The notes below the pieces were generated by a model. The model was not told where the DNA came from and ran no database searches. It saw only the letters and a program-made list of their open reading frames with translations. A stretch of 64,000 bases of DNA from Octopus vulgaris (lineage: Eukaryota): contig OX597835.1 of the NCBI GenBank assembly GCA_951406725.2, positions 31,372,001-31,436,000 on the forward strand, written 5' to 3'. A program made the position numbers and the translations under genes. Position 1 is the stretch's first letter. The number at the start of each line of letters is the position of its first letter. Of the stretch, positions 58,186 through 64,000 are shown piece after piece.

Positions 58186-59496
58186 TGTATTTCTCCTAAT
58201 CTCAGCCCTTCCTTCCTTTCCTTCTCTTATCTTAGTTATTTCTTTTTCTGTCTCTTTCAAAAGATTTCTTCACAAAATCTTTACTGCAGTCTTTCGTTTA
58301 TTTTTCTATAGTTTACTTGTTTCAGTCATTGGACAGCAGCCATACTTCGGTGTCGCTTTCAAGGATTTTAGTGAGAACAATTTGATCCCAGTATTGTTTA
58401 AATACTGGTGTTTACTCTGTCTGGTTCTTTGGCCGAATCAGAGAGTTACAGTGACGTAAACAAACCAACATAGGAGAGTTGTCAGTCAGTGGCGGGATAG
58501 CTATGGGTCTAGAAGCACACATACATACCTTTGTGCACAAACACACGGATAATTTTTTTTATCAAACGCATGTGCATAAACTCATACTCACACTTTTACG
58601 CAATGATACATATACAATTAACACACATAGCAAATAGTCATACATACAAACACACTAACACACTAACACTTACACATACTAGTATAAATACCACACATCC
58701 AGATTCGAACCAACATTCTTCAGGAACGCCAAGAAAAAAAATGAAAAATTTAGAGAAGAAAACAAAAAAATGTTATCTCACTGATTTTCATCTCCTTCTA
58801 CCCCTCACTTCGTATCAAGTATTACTCCACCCCACTCAATAACACACAATACTTTCAAATATGTTAAAAAATAAGCAATCCTCCCAGGGGACCACTGCGG
58901 GTGTTTACAACCAGATTGCGTGTATTCAACAAGATAAGTGCAGTTGATGGATAGAAGATGTGTTTTAAAACAAAGAAACGGCAAAAAAATATTTTGAAGA
59001 GAGTTGAAGATAGTGAGTTATTAGAAGTGGCGGTGCCGGTGATGGTGATGGTGATGGGAACATCGATGAAGAAAACAAAGAAGCACTGAAAGAAGCAGAG
59101 AAGTAGAGGAAGACACATGTATACATACGCACACGAACATTCACACATATACACATATATATTTCTGTGATCTGACAAATATATATGAGTATTTTTTCCG
59201 TCCACAGAGACAAAGAAAAAAAGATAATTGTTTACACATAATTTGTTTAAACATTTGTTTTAACATAAAACGCAGCAATGGCACTGGCGTGCAGCAAGAA
59301 TTGCCCCTCTCCAACCCTTGTCTTGTACCAAACTACAGATAGAGCTGATAGTGAGGTTTTTAGTTCGCCAGACGGAAAAAAAGATGGCCCCCGTGCGTAT
59401 GAACGAACGAGGGACAATCTATATGGCAACTTGAGCTGATAGAAACATCTACTAAATTTTTCAGTTTGAACAACTGTGATGAGAGAAGTGAGGAAG

Positions 59497-59550
<54 letters not shown>

Positions 59551-60359
59551 GACAGACAAGCATGCAGAAAGCTTAAGTGGAAATCCATCATATGTATGCA
59601 CACACACACACACACACACAAACACACACATACATGCACGTGTGTTTTTGGATGTGTGTTTGAGAATCGGTACAAGAGATTGATAGAGTAAGTACCAGAC
59701 TCCGAAAATAAGACTTGGGGGCCATTCGTTCCTCTAAGCCCATCAAGGCGATGCCCTAGCTTGGCCAAGTGTAATGAGTGAAACAGGTAGAAAGATAAAA
59801 GAAAAAGATTATCTGTCTCTAAAGAGAAAAGGCAAACAAGGATGTAGTCTTTGTTATGCCGAGCATGGCCCGATCGCTTAGAGAATATCAGTGAGGAAAG
59901 GACATAATATTCGTAACGAAATTGTTGCTTTAATTGATGTGCATCTCGACGTTTTGTGGCGTTGTGATAATGAGTTTTAAATAAGTACTGTCTGTGTTAC
60001 TACGCTACCTCTGGAAAAAAAAGACAACTAAGATTTACATGGTCTTTACTGCAATATGTTAATTATGTTTCATTTCGTGGAATCAATGCAAGACTGGAAT
60101 AAGGTGTTCGTGTGCAAATGTAAATTTCTTACACGCGCATTCAGACGCATGCAAACAATATATATTAAGGATTCGAATTCTTCAAAATGCTTGAGTTTTT
60201 ATAAATAAAGCAATAGGTACAAACACACACACACACACACACACACACATACTAAGAGAGACAGACAGACAGACAGACAAACAGACTGATAGTTGAGTAT
60301 GTCTATACATACATGCATACAAACACACACATATGCATATATATATATATACATGTACG

Positions 60360-60403
<44 letters not shown>

Positions 60404-60870
60404 TGTATATGCATGCACGTTTGTATAAGGATAAATGTGTGTGTATGTGTGTGTGTGTGTGTGTGTGAGTGTGTCCTTGTGTGTGTTACCAACAACAGAT
60501 GTTTCGAAAGACAGCTGGCCTTATGCAAATATTACCACAACATACCGCTTGATTTATATCCTTCAGTGAATTGTACAAACATTACATATTAAAAACACAA
60601 GTTCCTTATCTTTCTTTAATCTGTCTTTTAGTTCTTCACTTCCATTTTTTTTGCCTCATTTTTTTTTTTTTTTCAATATATATTTTCAAATCTTCGTCTC
60701 TTCATTTCGTAGTCTCAGCTTCAACTTCGTTTTATTTTATCGCATTTTATCTTATTTTATTTTAGTCCTCAATCCATATCCTTGTGTAACCATTTTGTTA
60801 AAATCATTATTGCTGTTGTTGTTCTTGGTAGTGTTATAATTGGTTTGAATAATTTATATTTTTACTTTGC

Positions 60871-60922
<52 letters not shown>

Positions 60923-61151
60923 GGATCTATTTTCACGTGATCTTAAATCAGTTTAACACTATATCGTTCACTAACTTTTATCAGCCACCCCCACCTTTTC
61001 TCTATTTTTCTGAATGGCCTCTCTTTTTCAACCTTCCTGTTTTTCTCTTTCTCTCCGTTTCTCTTCCCTCGCTTTCTTGACCTTTTTTCTCTCTTTTATA
61101 CATACACATATATATTTGTGTGTGTGGAGGCACTTGGAGTAGTGTTTAGAG

Positions 61152-61225
61152 CAGCGTTTCCCAACCGGATTTCCCCGAAACACTAGGGTTCCACAAAAGG
61201 TTCCTAGGGGTTCCGCGAGAAAGAG
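61152..61225 (+). mobile_element. hAT (Charlie-like) MITE end
   Basis: gtttagag|CAGCGTTTCCCAACC...ggggttccgcga; the other end was not found. Confidence 0.55.
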
Positions 61226-61310
61226 TGAGATAAGCAACTGCTAATTTCACGATTATAATATTACTATGCACATACATATTATTCCTTATTGTAATATTGT
61301 AATATAGACA

Positions 61311-61765
61311 AGGCGGTGAGCTGGCAGAAACGTTAGCACGCGTAGCCGTACTTCATCTACTGTTACGTTCTGAGTTCAAATTCCGCCGAGGTCGATTTTG
61401 CCTTTCATCTTTTCAGGGTCGATAAATTAAGTACCAGTTACGCACTGGGTCGATGTAATCGACTTAATCCGTTCGTCTGTCCTTGTTTGTCCCCTTTGTG
61501 TTTAGCCCCTTGTTGGTAGTAAAGAAATAGAAATATGTATTTTGTCTACCGCTAAGTTCTGAGTTCAAATTCCGCCGAGGTCGATTTTGCCTTTCATCCT
61601 TTCGGGGTCGATTAAATAAGTACCAGATACGCACTGGGGTCTATATAATAGACTTATTCCGTTTATCTGTCCTTGTTTGTCCTCTCTGTGTTTAGACCCT
61701 TGTGGGTAGTAGAGAAATAGGTATTTCGTCCGTCTTTACGTTCTGCGTTCAAATACCGACGAGGT
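61311..61765 (+). mobile_element. SINE family A tandem multimer (2 full units plus a partial)
   Basis: Repeated gttctgagttcaaattccgccgaggtcga units. Confidence 0.9.
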
Positions 61766-61829
61766 TTGTGTGTGTGTGTGTATGCATATGTATATATGTA
61801 TATTTTACTAATTGCTGTTCCCTCCTTGA

Positions 61830-62600
61830 CTCACTTCGGGGTACCAGAACACGCATCCTTTGGACTCTCACCCAGAAATTGTGCCTTATGCAATCGTAGA
61901 AATTCTCCAACAATTTTTGCTTCTTTCTGGACGTATGGCAAGGAGTCGTGTCCTGCTACCACAAACATGGCTTTCCAGTAGCAACTCTCCTCAGCCAGGT
62001 TTCGACCAATCTCCAGCCGCAGTCTTCAGTTGTCTGTGAGGCGGCATGACGTCACCCTCACTAGAGACACACCCAAAGACCATAACACTTTGGGGAAACT
62101 TGGGATCTTTTCGGTTTGAACGGCAGTTTTTTAAAATAATTTCCACGTAACTAAACACTTTTAAACTTCGTAAACTGGTAGAATGTGCTTATAAAACATC
62201 TTTAAAATTCTATAGTTTGTAAGATATTTGTTGTTTTTTTCCTTCAATTTCTGCAATTTCAACCAATCAGGGACGTCTATTGAGTTAAAAAGCATTCTGT
62301 ACCGTATGAATATGTCCCTCGTTTAAGAAACAGATTGGGTTTATTTACATTTCTGAAGAAAAAAAGATACTCTTCCCCCACCCCTAACCCTAACTAACCT
62401 TAATTAACCCTAACTCTAACCCTAATCCTAAAACCTATTGAAATGCAATAGATCGATACTAGGGTCATAATTATGGGTGACAATTTCATATGACACCGCT
62501 AGAAAAACTGGCATTCAAACCGAAAAGATCCGAAACTTGTCTTTCATGACGTTCATGTCACGTCTTATAGCATTGCACAGCATTCAGGATGTTGGCATTT
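61830..62600 (-). pseudogene. Decayed maT/DD37D-like transposase interrupted by a MITE
   Basis: Removing the MITE and one TSD restores DMNVMKDKFPQSVMVFGCVSSEGDVMPPH. Confidence 0.75.
62103..62531 (-). mobile_element. Merlin-like MITE, 8-bp TSD, internal (CCCTAA)n
   Basis: TIRs ggatcttttcggtttgaa...; TSD gaaacttg at 62095-62102 and 62532-62539. Confidence 0.9.
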
Positions 62601-62730
62601 TGATACCCGACGCGAGTCATCATGATAGAGGAAACTCTTTTCGAATTTTCAAATGGCTTGCAGTCCTCCATATCAAGTAACGTTTTCTCAACTACAACTT
62701 TAATCGTTTTTCTCTCCAACACCGATGCCT

Positions 62731-62962
62731 ATTTCTTTACTATCCACAAGGGGCTAAACACAGAGTGGACGAACAAGGACAGACAAACGGATTAAGTTGA
62801 TCACATCGACCCCAGTGCGTAACTGGTACTTATTTAATCTACCCCGAAAGGATGAACGGCAAAGTCGACCTCGACGGAATTTGAACTCAGAACGTAGCGG
62901 CAGACGAAATACCGCTAAGCATTTCGCCCGACGTGCTAACGCTTCTGCCAGCTCACCACCTT
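62731..62962 (-). mobile_element. SINE family A with 17-bp TSD
   Basis: ctccaacaccgat[g/a]cct at 62714-62730 and 62969-62985. Confidence 0.9.
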
Positions 62963-63049
62963 AGATACCTCCAACACCGATACCTGTTCACCAATATATC
63001 AAGTTATTCCTGGGTAAAGAATGACATAGACTGTCATCATATTTAGCCA

Positions 63050-63470
63050 GAAGACTATGTATATGGAACTCATCTATAACGTGAAGCTGATGCCAACAAT
63101 TTTATCAGAACAAAAGACAGAAGTGCAAGCAACATATGATTCAAGGGAAATGGTAGATGTACACCACGGAAGAAGTACTCAAACTGTATCTAACCCTGAC
63201 TTCAACAAAGCTAAAAGAAAATCGATTCAAAAGAGATCCTCAAACGGAACTGTCTGGAAAATCTCTCTGTGAAAGAACAAAAGCGTAACACTTAAGCAAT
63301 TCATGTCAATTATGCAAGCCATATGCATTAAATTTTCCTACAAAGCAAAGTAAACATATACTGGAATATTATTCTCAGAGAAAGAAAATTTCTTTTGAGA
63401 CGAAGAACCAGAATCTTAAATCTTTTAAATGGACAACTTCAGGAGAGCGAAAATGCCGTCTGAAACTCCT
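63050..63470 (+). pseudogene. Possible highly decayed Penelope-like GIY-YIG C-terminal region
   Basis: Fragments IYNVK, TVWKI, ILRERKFLL..LNLLN, RKCRL occur in the expected order but in different frames. Confidence 0.35.
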
Positions 63471-63910
63471 AGACATAGAAAACAGAATTAAATACTCCTA
63501 GACATTGACAACAAAACGAATACATACATGAAAATGTGAGCGAAGAAAGCGGAACCAAGGCTGTATAGAATGTATAACAAGGAACAAAAATGTGTTGTAT
63601 ACATCAGCTTCGGAATTATACAAAACAAGTCTACTTTTCCAAGAAGTTAACTTACCGATTGTGGACTTCAAAAAGATAAGTAAAATTTTGAATAATTTCT
63701 AAAATAGTTTTACGTCTCCGATGAGATGCTTACAAAAGAATAAACCAAATGGGTTAGTCAGCATGGAGAGTTCTACTTTCGAAGGCAGAAAATATCGATT
63801 TGATTAAGATAAACAAGAAATACAGTTCTATATTTAAGAGATGAGGAATTATGTACATTATTTACATTATTTACATTCGACGGATATTTGTCCTCATCTT
63901 GTTTGCTGTT

Positions 63911-63956
63911 AACACAACTTTTCGGCTGATATACTCTCCAGCCTTCATCGGGTGTC
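63911..63956 (-). ncRNA. Minimal hammerhead-like motif (U4C core)
   Basis: gacac CCGATGA a ggctg gagagtatat cagcc GAAAa GTT^ gtgtt. Confidence 0.55.
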
Positions 63957-63961
63957 TTGGG

Positions 63962-64000
63962 TATATGGTGTAGTGGCTAAGAGCGCGGGCTTCTAACCCC
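63962..64000 (+). mobile_element. tRNA-like SINE head cut by the window edge
   Basis: A-box tggtgtagtggctaagagcgcgggc. Confidence 0.5.

Noticed and set aside
59278-59439. 53-aa non-repetitive ORF (MALACSKNCP...)
   Set aside because: No recognisable motif, length expected by chance, and no splice evidence.

Overview
This is AT-rich eukaryotic non-coding DNA, intronic or intergenic, with no intact protein-coding gene I can support. Nearly all ORFs in the supplied track are translations of microsatellites: (TA)n, (CA)n, (GATA)n, (TAA)n, (GAT)n. The repeat content resembles a cephalopod (Octopus-type) genome; this is recognition from memory, not a database result. The window holds three or four tRNA-derived SINE families, decayed LINEs (HERO-like, R4/Dong-like, L1/Tx1-like), decayed Tc1/mariner transposases, MITEs (Merlin-like with internal TTAGGG, IR/DR Tc1-like, pogo-like, hAT-like) and two non-autonomous Helitrons. 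The most striking hidden signal is about 12 Type I hammerhead ribozyme (HHR) motifs from several unrelated short elements. Four have an intact CUGANGA/GAAA core; others carry recurrent core variants (U4C, A6U, G3-C8 swap). They sit in or near (TA)n tracts, often with inverted ends, and a Penelope-like GIY-YIG remnant is present. One element is a 564-bp non-coding tandem monomer whose second copy stops 3 nt from the predicted cleavage site, making it a retrozyme/circRNA candidate. All folds were done by eye, and coordinates of degenerate repeats are approximate.
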